A stretch of DNA of 64,000 nt from positions 5,890,001-5,954,000 of the forward strand of contig CM035353.1 of assembly GCA_020137815.1 (NCBI GenBank). Direction: 5' to 3'. A program made the translations under genes and the position numbers. Under the pieces are notes generated by a model that saw only the letters and a program-made list of their open reading frames with translations, had not been told where the DNA came from and ran no database searches. The stretch comes from Hormiphora californensis. Taxonomy: Eukaryota > Animalia > Ctenophora. Below, piece after piece: positions 27,760 through 39,633 of the stretch. The stretch's first letter is position 1; the number at the start of each line of letters is the position of its first letter.

Positions 27760-29288
27760 TCATAAGACATCCGCCGTGTTTTGTCCTTTCCACGCATAAG
27801 AATTAAGGATGCCGACAGAGTCTGCCGCACCCACTCGCTTGCTGTCGGCAGGTGCCTTGTTCATAACACTCAGGCGAGATACTATTGCATCCACCTGGAG
27901 AGAAAACGAGATGTTAATATTCTGCCCGGAGAAAGTAAGAGAGCATTATTGTTATCAGAGACCCTAGTGGATAGCATGCCAATTCGGTGAGTTTTTTATT
28001 TCTTTTACAAAAATAAAGTAAATGATCGTCTTCTGTGTCATGTTACACAAGCTCCCACACAACTGGTGTGAACAATGGAAACAACAACATAGATTGTGGT
28101 TTGATTTGAGCAATGACGTATTATACGATGTGGAATTGTCAATTACCTCTTCCTTTGAAACACTTTTCCCGTCACTGGCATTTGATGTTGTACTCAGCTG
28201 TTCCTTATACACAACCCGTGTCTACATTGAATAATGAATACAGAATTATATTATAGCAAATTAATTGTTATAGGGTAGCATGTATCTCAAGAGTTACATT
28301 AATTTTATAGCAAATATAGGGTACCATAAAAATTACTAAAACTTTTAACCTTGATTTCAGTAGTGTGGAGACGTTCCGAGAGCTCTGCTATTTCCTCCCT
28401 CGATAACTTCTGATAACCCAAACGAGCAGGAGGACCATCATCTTGTTGGTCGTGTGAGGCTTGTTCACCATCAGCAGCTTCCCCGTCCGTTGTGTATGAT
28501 CCGTTCGAAGGAGAAGCTGCTTCTTCGGGGGAGGTATATGAATCAGCCGCTGGAGTTCCCGCTTTCTCAGGCGCTGGAGTAGCCTCTTTGGGGGCTGGAG
28601 TGACCTCTTTGGGGGCTGGAGTGGGCTCTTTGGGGGCTGGAGTGGGCTCTTTGGGGGCTGGAGTAGCCTCTTTGGGCGCTGGAGTGACCTCTTTGGGGAC
28701 TGGAGTGGGCTCTTTGGGGGCTGGAGTAGCCTCTTTGGGCGCTGGAGTAGTCTCTTTGGGGGCTGGAGTAGCCTCTTTGGGCGCTGGAGTAGTCTCTTTG
28801 GGCGCTGGAGTAGCCTCTTTGGGGACTGGAGTAGCCTCTTTGGGGGCTGGAGTGGCCTCTTTGGAGGTCGGAGTAGCCTCTTTGGGCGCTGGAGTGGCCT
28901 CTTTGGGGGTTGGAATTGCTTCAGCAGGGGCTGGAGTAGCCTCTTTGGGGGCTGGCGTGGCCTCTTTGGGGGCTGGCGTGGCCTCTTTGGGGGTTGAAGT
29001 TGCTTCAGCAGGGGCTGGAGTAGCCTCTTTGGGGGCTGGTGTGGCCTCTTTAGGCGCTGGAGTGGCCTCTTTTGGGGGTGGAGTAGCCTCCTTGGGGGCT
29101 GGAGTGGTTTCTTTTGGTGTTGGAGTAGCCTCTTTGGGGGCCGGAGTGGCCTCTTTGGGGGCTGGCGTGGCCTCTTTGGGGGCTGGCGTGGCCTCTTTGG
29201 GGGCTGGCGTGGCCTCTGTGGGCACTGGAGTGGCCTCTTTTGGGGCTGATCCGACAGGGGTTGAAGAAGTGGGGGCTGGGTCTGCCAT
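27760..29288 (-). CDS. 382-aa protein with an (EATPAPK)n repeat and a conserved-looking C-terminal domain, 3 exons
   Basis: Exons 29288-28350, 28221-28147 and 27894-27760, all phase 0 GT-AG. About 32 21-bp units stay in frame. C-terminus KLSREEIAELSERL..KSVSKEEVDAIVSRL..GILNSYAWKG, then TGA. Confidence 0.75.
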
Positions 29289-29650
29289 AATTTATTGTAG
29301 AGCACGAGGAGCAAGGAAGGAGCTCAAAAATAAAAAAGAGATGAAGAAATGAAGAGACAGAGAGTGAATAAGTTGCCGAGAAAACTTATAGTAAGAAACA
29401 TGGAGCAGTGCGTGTGAGAGAAATACAAGGCCGAGTATATTTTAAAAGCGAAAAATATTCTGCTTGCTTGCTTGAAGGAGAATGATTTTAAACTAAAAGT
29501 GTTCAATACCTTTCTGTGAAACAAATTCACGGAATACATATTACATGTCTGTATGCTTACAATTGTAGAATATGCATACGAAAATCATTAGTTGTTACTA
29601 AAACTGCATTACAGAGAAGCTTACAAAAAGTACGGATTTATATGTAATAA

Positions 29651-29697
29651 ACTAGAGGACGCGATTCGGCCATGATCGACCGAAAAGTGCCCGTCAT
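29651..29697 (-). mobile_element. Helitron-like 3' terminus
   Basis: Minus strand: hairpin TTCGGTCGATCATGGCCGAA, then CTAG followed by T about 10 nt downstream. Confidence 0.3.
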
Positions 29698-30128
29698 AAC
29701 TATGATAAGTGGCAAACATTACCAAAGAGTCAGACTTGGGATTGAGGGGTCATGAGCTAGGAGTTTATTCAAAAAATTAGAAAAATTACATTGACTTGAT
29801 TCCATATTTTTTAAAGCTTACCTTGCAACTATGATAAACTTGGAATTGGATTTAGGTTCTAGTAGGAGCGTGTGTATGGTCTAGGGGTTTTCATTTCTAT
29901 TTTTCTGTCTATCAGTATATATTTTGAGGACACATGAGAGGAGGAAGTGATCATGCGATGGCTCTTTTCATTATCCTACAAAGTTTCTAAAGTTTGAACT
30001 GTACATATTCCATGTGAATATAAATCATTGTGTTGTGCACAGGGGGGAGGTATGTTGTGCAATGTGCATACTATACCATCTCTATAATACTAAACAATGG
30101 AATACCTACCTGTATAATATGGTACTCC

Positions 30129-30131
<3 letters not shown>

Positions 30132-30221
<90 letters not shown>

Positions 30222-30226
30222 CTCTC
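30132..30226. repeat. (CT)n microsatellite
   Basis: Pure CT run. Confidence 0.95.
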
Positions 30227-30980
30227 TTCCAGAGGACCTTGGAGAGCATGCTTTTGGGATTTCCTTGGCTGCTCTGATCGCTATACTTTCTTTGGCATTT
30301 GTGAACTCTCTCTTTTCATTCCTTTCGTTTTATCGCATGCCCAATGGGCATTGCCCATAGTGTTTAAAATTAGTCGTATATTGCTGATCCTTAGACCCTC
30401 AGTCAGACCTGATCCAAGAAGCATTTGATTCTTGCTCAAATGATATATCTTCTAACCTAGTCTTCTGTGGTTGAAAGGAGGAATCATAATTATTTCCTGA
30501 TTGTTCACTGTCACACACATGCTAATAGACACAGTACACATAGCTCTCCAGGCTGGAGATTTACGTGAAACAAAAATAATTTTAATGGCTATTAAAGTAA
30601 TTATAAAGTCAACTATAAATACAAATATTCCAACTAACGCAGGACAATATCAATTAATCTCTTTCGTTCAATTTTCATTTTGCACAATTGTCATTTCTCA
30701 AGATGCGGTGGGGTCATAGCTGCGTGGAATTGGAAAGGAAATCAGATTATGACTAGATATAATTGATGTTAATTACAATGCTTCATGCTAAAGAATGCTT
30801 TCCTATTAATTCTGATTATTTGGAATGAATATGATTTATGAAATAGAACCACACTTCCCGTATATATTCTGTAGTTTCGTTGGAGGCGGTTGCATGATGA
30901 ATGCTTAATTGTCACTGATTCTGAATTAACACCTTGAGTTGCATTTTTCACAAAGCACAATATTACTAACACTTTATACA

Positions 30981-33900
30981 ATGCAGCTTGACATGAAACA
31001 ACCGTTGATCCTCATTGTGATTCTACTTGCCCCTTCTGTAATCCTATCTGACGAGGGTGGGGAAGTCTGCCCCGTGTCACGCCTGGATGACCCAATAGCA
31101 TTCAAAGATGGAGACTACATTTTAGCGGCTCAGGTAATTTAATCTACCTTACATGTGAAACGCTTTAGTAAGACATTTTTTTATAAGAAACTTTTTAAAT
31201 GTAAACTAAACAGTTGAGAGACAACCCAAGAAAATAATTAGAAACCCTGCGCAGGCCTGCTTTTTCTGCTCGAGTATCGGGTGTGATAAAGTAGAACGTT
31301 TATTAGTTTTTGAATTAAACTCTTGTGGTTTCTTAGAACAAATTTCCTTGTTTTTGAAATTTAGGAGCTTAATTAACAAAAGTTTAAGGTATTATCAGTA
31401 AGGACAAGGTATTAGCAGTGTGTTCCATTTTAATTAAAACTTTATAAAGGTGGCCCAGATAGTGGTAAATCAACTTTAATTGATATTTCTTAAGGTTAAC
31501 TCTGGAACGATCAGATGGAGAGATGTAGCCAACAGAACGGAAATGTATTGTGACCAATCAAAATCTTTAATATGGAACATACAAAAAGGCTTGGCGTTCA
31601 AACTTAACGTTGAAAAATTCCAACCAAGTTTCAGGTAATTATAAGTGTTTCTATTTGTGGTAATTATATTTATAATTATTAGTGAACTAAAATACGTTTG
31701 AAGTTTGATATAACATATTTTTGTTTCATCCAATTTTTGAGGCATATATCCCACTATCCATGAACCCCTAAATTTGACTTCTGCAGATCTCAAAATTTAA
31801 TTTTTTGTTTAAAACGTTATGGCTATACATATCTTTTTATTTTCAGGGCATTGAACAAGACTCTAGGGTATGCAGTTTATGAGACATGTAAAGCGGCATT
31901 CCAAGCGTCATCAACCGCACTCTCTATAGCTGAAAACCCCAGAATCGTTGGTATGGCAATTGTAGATTATGCCGGATTCGTGGAGACCTCATCAACGGTT
32001 TCCACCGGGAGGAACATCTCCAGTTTTGTGTACATGACAAACACTAAAGAGTTGATGGATGACACTTCATTTACCACTCTTTTTTCCCTGATCGACACGG
32101 AGGAACGGGAAGCGGAGGCCATGATTCAGCTACTGGAAAAGGCGGGGTGGATGTACATGGACATTTGGTATCACAAGCTATCCTATACAATGGCCAGTCA
32201 CATTTACAAGAACTACGTCCAGAAAGTCGGGGGATGTGGCAGGATGGGTGACGTGACGAACTCTACAATCTGGTTTAAAGAAAGTGTTAACAACACGTAT
32301 AGAGAGAGTGGGGGTACACCAGCTGAGGTGCAGTTGGTCCTACACAACTCTAACATTAGGACAAAGGCACTCTTGACGTACCTAATCAAGGACCTAGGTT
32401 TTCGGAACAAGATTTATGTGTTAGGAGGATCCAACGGTCGGCGGAAGTATATGGGGGGATATGCTAAGATTCTCCATGATTTGGGGGCCTACAACAGCAC
32501 CATTATCTCCTTCCTGCCACCCTTACTCAACAGTGAACCGGGGGAACTGGTGGACAACCTGACGAAACAGTTCTGGAACTCCACCCGGGATGAGATGGAT
32601 GTGTTGTACCGGGAGATCCAGGAAAGGAAGTGTGATGTGGTAGAGGGTGGGTCGGTAACATGTCCCTCCACCAGCTGGATCCCTTTTATAACTATTGGAA
32701 CTCAGGTGATAGCTCAGTCTCTACTGGCGGTGGTGGAGAGAGGCGGCGGGTTGTGTCCTTCCTCCATCCGGAATGAGCTCTACGAAGAGATAATGAGGAA
32801 GGGGAAAGATTACAAGATCCAGTTTGACGCAAAGACTGAAGGGAACTTTGTGTTCGTTAATAGGACCCTTGACACCGGATATGGACTTCTCATGTACGAA
32901 ACTAAAACGGACAAGTTTGTGGAGTTGGGTCACGTCAATTCGACTGACGTCTACATTAGCGATGCGGCTGTCATGCCCTTTCTAAAATCCCAGTACAATA
33001 GTACGTGCTCCGTTTCATGTAATCCCGGCTTTAGGCGATGGTATAACCGGAGCACACTTATTACTCTTCCATGTTGCTGGTCATGTGTGCAGTGTTCCTC
33101 CCACACATTCTCCAACCACACTGATGCAGTTCAGTGTGATTCCTGCCTGCCCAAAGAGACCAGTACTGCTGACTATACTGGATGTGTTTCCACTAGTATC
33201 GAGTGGAATGGTTTCAATTCACCTCAGTTCTGTGTCATGATGTCTCTCATCTCACTGGGAGGTGCTGGTACCCTCCTGGTGGCGTGGCTGGTGGCGAGGA
33301 ATGAGGCTAGACCGGTGATCAAGGCATCTGATCCTGGCTACCTCTACATGGTCCTCTTTTCCATCATATTGGGCTACTACACCAGTGCCATCCCGCTTTT
33401 TAAGCCCAGCAAGTACTCCTGTGAGTTGGAATACATCTCGTTCTCCGTCTTTGCTGCGTTTATCACCTCTAATCTCTTCTGGAAGTGCTACAAGATCTGG
33501 GGAATATTTTCCGCCGCCAACAACTTCCAAACGCCCAAATTCACAGCCTTCCTCTTCAAAAGATCTGGACAGGTGTTGCTTAACATCTTCACACTGTTTC
33601 TCATGATCATCCTGATCCTGATTGACCGGTTCACAGGTCCAGGCCCCGGGTGGACCTACCACGAGGCCCAGCTCCATGATCACGCCAACAAGTTTCTGGT
33701 GTGTACGTGTTTTGAGGGAAATAAAGTCACCCCATTCCTCCCCCTTGCACTTCCCGCCATATTGTTCCTGATGACGCTGGTGCTGGCCTTCAAAATGAGG
33801 TCTTTCCCCCACAACTTCTCGGAGACGCTCAACATCTGCGCTGCCACTGGATTCGTTCTACTCGGATGTGTCATGTTTATGAGCGGGTATAACATGGCCT

Positions 33901-34106
33901 TCCCAATCCTGAAATCCACCCTTCGCTCTATAGTCATCTTCCTCATCGCATCGTCATTCCTGGGTGCTCTGTTTGTACCCCGACTAGTGATTGTCCTCCA
34001 AAAGGGCGACATACAGGAGGAAAGGGAAGCCATAAAGGCTGAATTGCAGGCTTTCACCTCTCGAGATACCGATCGGAGATTAAGCAAGGCCCCACAGCCT
34101 ACGTGA
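30981..34106 (+). CDS. Class C GPCR (mGluR/CaSR-like architecture), 3 exons
   Basis: Exons 30981-31133 (signal peptide, KDGDYIL), 31495-31634, 31847-34106. Venus flytrap (LGYAVYETC), nine-cysteine domain (CSVSCNPG..CCWSCVQC..CDSC..GC), 7TM (RPVIKASD, WKCYKIWGIF, AFKMRSFPHNFSET, LFVPRL). Confidence 0.9.
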
Positions 34107-34548
34107 TCTCTACTGTTTCTAATTCCGCACTCCTTATATAAGGCAATTGAAGTAGCGAATGAACTATTGCGGAATAACTATACTTTATACGCGTCAACTG
34201 CCACGATTGTTGTCAGTACTTGAACTGGTGAATTGGTGAATTGATGAACTGATGAATTGATAAACTGATGCTAGCGAATAAAAGGTTTGAAGTACAGTTA
34301 TTCTTCAGTCACCTGACAGTGCTGTGTTCATTTATTCCATACCGAAGTTCAATGCATGCTATAATAATACGTAACTTTATGCCAATTTTATTCCTTATAA
34401 ATATTCATATCTGTTTCTTAATCACAATTTAACTTATAACAAGAATAATTGCATTATGTATTCATGATGCGATGTTTTCTCCGACGTCAACAGGATCAGT
34501 TTTGCGATATCAGGCTCGGTCGAAAGATGTATTAAACCAGTGAAGAAA

Positions 34549-36182
34549 TTAGCCTCTTGCAAATGATTTCTCAGTCAAAAATAGTTGGTTCCATATATAT
34601 GGAAATATATTTCCGCGAAACTTCGAACTTCTGTGTGTGTCACGCGGCCTTGTGATCTTAACACGGGCGACCAACTTCAGTGTGTCTCCTCCCTTAGCTG
34701 AAAAGCTGAGTTGCGATGAACGACAGTTACTACTAATTGTCCGCCCTGCTGATCCATCTGCCTGTTCTGATCTCCTGCAACATATAACATCAAGGAACAA
34801 GTCACGCATCTGGGCAATACGGACAAAGTATATGATGGGATTGCAAAGGGTACCCATCGGTATAGCCACCCAGAGGCCAAATCTGTAAATAAAAGTACTT
34901 TTATAGGCATCTATTTCTTCTTTCGTCCCAAGATCAACTATCAGCGGATAGATTTGCACCAAGGAGTAGAAGGCATTCCACAGTATAAATGAACCGGAGA
35001 GAATTAATGTGGTTAATGTTGCTTTGTTAGTATTTCTCACTGAAGTGTCAGAACCACTCAACCGTTTAGCAGTTGTCAGTTTGGTCACAATTAAAACACT
35101 CCCTATTAACACCACAATTATCATAACGAAGAGAAGGGACTGTCGGATCCACAGTAGACCCTGCCGGATATTGTGTGTCGACGGGTTAAACTCAATTTCA
35201 ACAAACATGTACTTCAGGTATGTGAAATTGTATACAAAATAACCCTCTCTCGCGGCCATGACCAAGAAATATATCAGGACGGAGGTGTAGATAAGGTGTT
35301 TTCGAATGCGATGAAAAGGAGCCCAGATGACCAAGAGCCGTGTACAAGTGATGGAACAAGATACCAAAGAACTCAGCTCAACCCCTACCCTATCAAGGAC
35401 AAGGGAGGAAACAAATCCTGTAACTTTGAACTGATATGAAGCGGTAACATTGAGTATTGAGGCATCCTCAGCGGTGTAAATGTCCCGTGCTGCATATCGG
35501 AAGATGATCTTTAGGAAAATGAACAAGGTTTGAGCCATGTCGATACAATTCAGTAGAAATATCAACCGATTTCCTGTGGTCGTCCTGAAATATTTTATAA
35601 ACATCAACTTCTATTACTATAGTTCTGCAAGCACTTTTCAGTATGAGCCAGATTGGTGGGTAGGACCAACATACTAAAATTTCAGAAAATTTCATCAAAA
35701 ACTCAAATTACGGGAAATCCCCTGAGACAGCTGGATAAACATTAAACAGGGGGAAATCACAACAAATGAATCTTCAGAATGAATCTTCTTCATAACTAAA
35801 ATCACATTGATCCTGTTGAATGAATTCATCGTTTGTTTTAACTCTCTCTAGCTACTAGCATCTTACGACTCACTCCCTCCATACTTGAGCTTTGAAAGAT
35901 AGTACGTGCCCTAGAACGATGAATCCATACAACAGACAGTGTGATTTTCATTATGAAGAAGATTCATTCTGAAGATTAATTTGTTGTGATTTTCCCTTCG
36001 CGTGCGAAATTTCGCGCTCCTCTCGCGGCCAACCGCCAAAGGGGGGAGGCTGCTACACAGCCAACAGCTGTAGGTACTTACTTGGGAATTTTTCGAAAGC
36101 ACAGGACTGAGATAAAGTTAGCGACGATTGCGAAGGTGATGACCACTCCACAAGCATAAACCCAATCATCGGATGCTGCCAT
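34549..36182 (-). CDS. Rhodopsin-like (class A) orphan GPCR, 2 exons
   Basis: Exon 1 36182-36082 encodes TM1 (MAASDDWVYACGVVITFAIVANFISVLCF) and joins in phase to exon 2 35584-34549 (LLNCID, CTRLLVIWAPF, LWNAFY, CNPIIY). The 3' end could splice earlier. Confidence 0.8.
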
Positions 36183-37554
36183 GCCCCTGTTTTAAACAAT
36201 TGTGAATATTAAGTAATAAGCTGATTTAATAGCAAGTAAATTCACACATCACAGCCGGTTATTGAGTTTACCCTTCATCAATAAAAAGTGTTGATCCTAT
36301 CACGACATGTTTGTTTAAACTGCCCCAGTGTCAATTAAAAAAATCAGAAGCTTCCAGGTCTCATTAGTTGTAACAACAATGAGAATGTTTATGTACAGTG
36401 GTGAAGAATCGAACGGGTCCCGTTGGCAAATTCCCCGCGGCAAACGAATCTCAAAGAGCGAGGGGATGGTATTGTCAAACCAAGCCATACCTTTTACGGG
36501 CCCCTTGAAGAACAGTTGAATTGTCTATAAGATCCTGCAGTGTACTAAGCCGCACTAAGGCCATCATCGCTAGGCCCTCATTACCTCATATCCTAGCGAC
36601 GTTAGGGATCGGATGAGGGAATTGGAGCGAATTAAAACCTCATGAGATACTGCTAGGCCTGGTAGTGATGACGTGGACACATCATATCATGTCCGAGATC
36701 AAAGTTGCGCAGCGAATGAATTTATCTCACAAAGCAAGAATAGGTGCTGGCAATACAGATAAGAATTAGTACCCGGATTAATACCCGGATTTGACACCCC
36801 TACCGTTTCAGCATATAAAATCCAATCAGTCTGTAAACTTGGATTTCAGTAGTGATAGTAAGAGGGAAGCTTCTTTCTTCATTTCTTGAGGGGGGATGGA
36901 TGGGCCCCTGCCACTTGCCAGTGCAGTGATCAGGGATTGGACAGAGAGATGGAAAAAGCGCGGTTCTAACTGATTTATAAATCAAGATGAAAAGAAAGCA
37001 TTGAAAATGAGAAATTCGAGCACTTGATCTTGAATTGGCCGCAATTCCAGTAGCAGTATTATAGTGTACCACCCACGCACAATACGTACTGAGAGATGCA
37101 GTCTGACTATAGGTTTTCTCTCTTGCTGCTGCATCTCTCAGTACATATTGTGTCATTATTCAGAGCTTTTGTGTCTATCGTATAGACACAAAAGATCTGA
37201 ATAATGAGATCTGAGCAAGAATTAAATAGGGAAGAAAATCGAAAAATACTGGGTTTGACCGGGAACTCCCGAGATTGGTGACATGCTCGGAGCTATACCA
37301 CTAACACGGTCGCTTGTAGTGGGAAAACGGTAATGGAAAACGAAGATACAGTAAGACGACGCGCAACCGTGACCAATCAGGGCGCTAGTACGTGCTGACA
37401 CATGAACTTTTTGCTGCGCGTTATGCACCGTGCGCGGCTCCTTACTGTATTTTGCGTTACCGTATTTTGACTGCAAGCAGCACTGTAAGCTACCAAGTTA
37501 AAGGTAGACTACGAAATCTCACTGTCCCTCACCGTGCCCAGTGCTTCCAGTCTA

Positions 37555-37929
37555 TTGCACCGGTTTCAACTTGTTAATATATGATTAGATGACTGGTTAA
37601 AATGGTCTATTACTATTTAGTGCACGAGGCCGAAGGCCGAGTGTTCTAAATACAACAATAATGAACCGAGACCGACAGGTCGAGGTAGATCCTTTTACTT
37701 AGCTGCCGAGCCTGCGAGGCACGCTAAGTGTAACTACTGAGCGAGCCTGCGAGCTCTGTAGTTGTACTTTTGGGCCGAGCCTGCGAGGCCTAAAAGTGAA
37801 AGAATCTTTAACATTATTGTTGTGTAATAGAGCATGTAAAAGCAGTCATCTAATTTTATTAGATGATTTTGGAAACAAACTGAGTGAACGAGATAAAGAT
37901 TGAGTGAGAGAGAGAGAGAAAGAGAATGA

Positions 37930-38015
<86 letters not shown>

Positions 38016-38325
38016 AAGAGAGAGGGAAAGAGAGAATCGAAGGCAGAGAGGGAAAGCAGATGCAGGACGCTCATTGGGGTGGTGCCATCACGTGACGATC
38101 ACGTGACCTATAGTTGCAGAGGGGAAGAAAAGATAAGGGTTAGGGCGTGTTCAGTAGTGACGTAATGTTTATACTGTGTGTGTGACTAGAAAGTGTCTAA
38201 TTTTTCACATACCACTGCAACGGTATTTTACTTTATAATTACTAGTGTTTTGCAGTGGTCTAAGTTTTCACAGTGCACTGTAACCGGTGGAAACGGTGCA
38301 CTGTGAAAACTTAGATCACCGGTCA
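37555..38325. mobile_element. Dispersed hairpin-rich repeat, copy 2, containing (GA)n at 37905-38035
   Basis: Homologous to 23985-24665; ends share GCACCGGTTTC / GAAACGGTGC-type inverted motifs. Confidence 0.6.
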
Positions 38326-39633
38326 AAATTGTCTAATGGTTCTTTTGTTAATGCTCTCGTAAAATTTTACTTTTAACATTAACAAAAGAATCTTGCCTTT
38401 CTATCATTCCGCAAACACTCCTCCAATTGTTCTATTAGTATTTTAACACATATATGCTATCGATTCTACTACCGTGTGGGGCAATAAAAAGTCTACCATA
38501 GTTCCAGATATCGTGGAGCGCTAAAGTTTGGTACAGAATTTTGAGCTAGAGGTCTGAAATTTTGGTTAAGTTATTTATTTGTCTCATATAGTTACTGTAC
38601 CAAATTTTAGTACGAAGCCGTTCGTTCAGTGCGTTGGTAAGCAACCTGCAATACTCGTTCCTTCATAAAATATTTTATGCACCCAAACAATTAAGCTCCA
38701 TGGCAACCGTTGTCATGGCAACCGTGTTATTAGCGTTGAAATTAATGGGTCAAAAGATGGTCATATTGTGTAATACAAATTGGCGTCAGGGGTATGAGTT
38801 TTGACACCCCAAGGTAACTCTTGCACAGAGAAGACATGCACAAATGAATTTCGTGTATAATTGTTGAAACTATTTACCCATGTTATATTGAAAGTGATAA
38901 GTGAAGGGTTAGATTTTAGTTGCTTGCTGCAGAGAGCTGAACAAAGGAACCCAGTACGAAGAGAGAAAGTAAGAAGACGAAGTGTTGATCCGACAGCCAA
39001 CCGGAGATAAGATACAGTAAGATACAGCAAGAACTACCTACGTCAAGGCGCCCCAGCCAATCACGATCAGACGAGTTGGGGGAACGAGAGACCGCCAGGT
39101 AGAGGTGATCTGCAGAAAAAGTGAGATAAAACTTTTATCTTTTATTAAAAGGAGCGGAATTTGAGAAGTGAAAGTGTTGATGTTGACTGTTGGAATGATA
39201 CTCAGTGAAGTTTAGTTGATTTGGTGTGGACTGGGAGTGGGACCGTGATGGAGTACAGTTTTTTGTAATTGACAAATTGCGCTACAGCTCTGTGAGTTGT
39301 TAGTACTCTAATTTAGTTAACAAACCAAAACCTTCTTTGTATTGATAGTACAGCTTTGATCCATTGCAACTTGGCCACATTGATACCTGAGTGAGATCGA
39401 CGTCGCGCGAGAATAGGTTGCAATGGAGCCAATAACTGAATAACGTTTTTTTTCTCAATTCTTTTTAGGAAAAAAAAAGGTTATTTTCAAAATATCACCG
39501 TCAAATTCATTGTGACATTGTGACCCCGCGCCGCCGCGTATATGTAGACTTAGAGGAAATTATGATATGTTGACCCTCATCATATATCTCAATATTTTTA
39601 GATCAGTATGTCCTGACAGTTCTCCGGTTACCA

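Noticed and set aside
28388-29352. Alternative-frame and antisense ORFs over the 21-bp repeat
   Set aside because: Only the EATPAPK frame splices in phase to downstream exons.
35468-35698. Apparent frameshifted N-terminus of the GPCR
   Set aside because: Explained by an intron acceptor at 35585; TM1 is in exon 36182-36082.
38881-39380. Possible solo LTR (TG...CA)
   Set aside because: No matching TSD and no second copy in the window.
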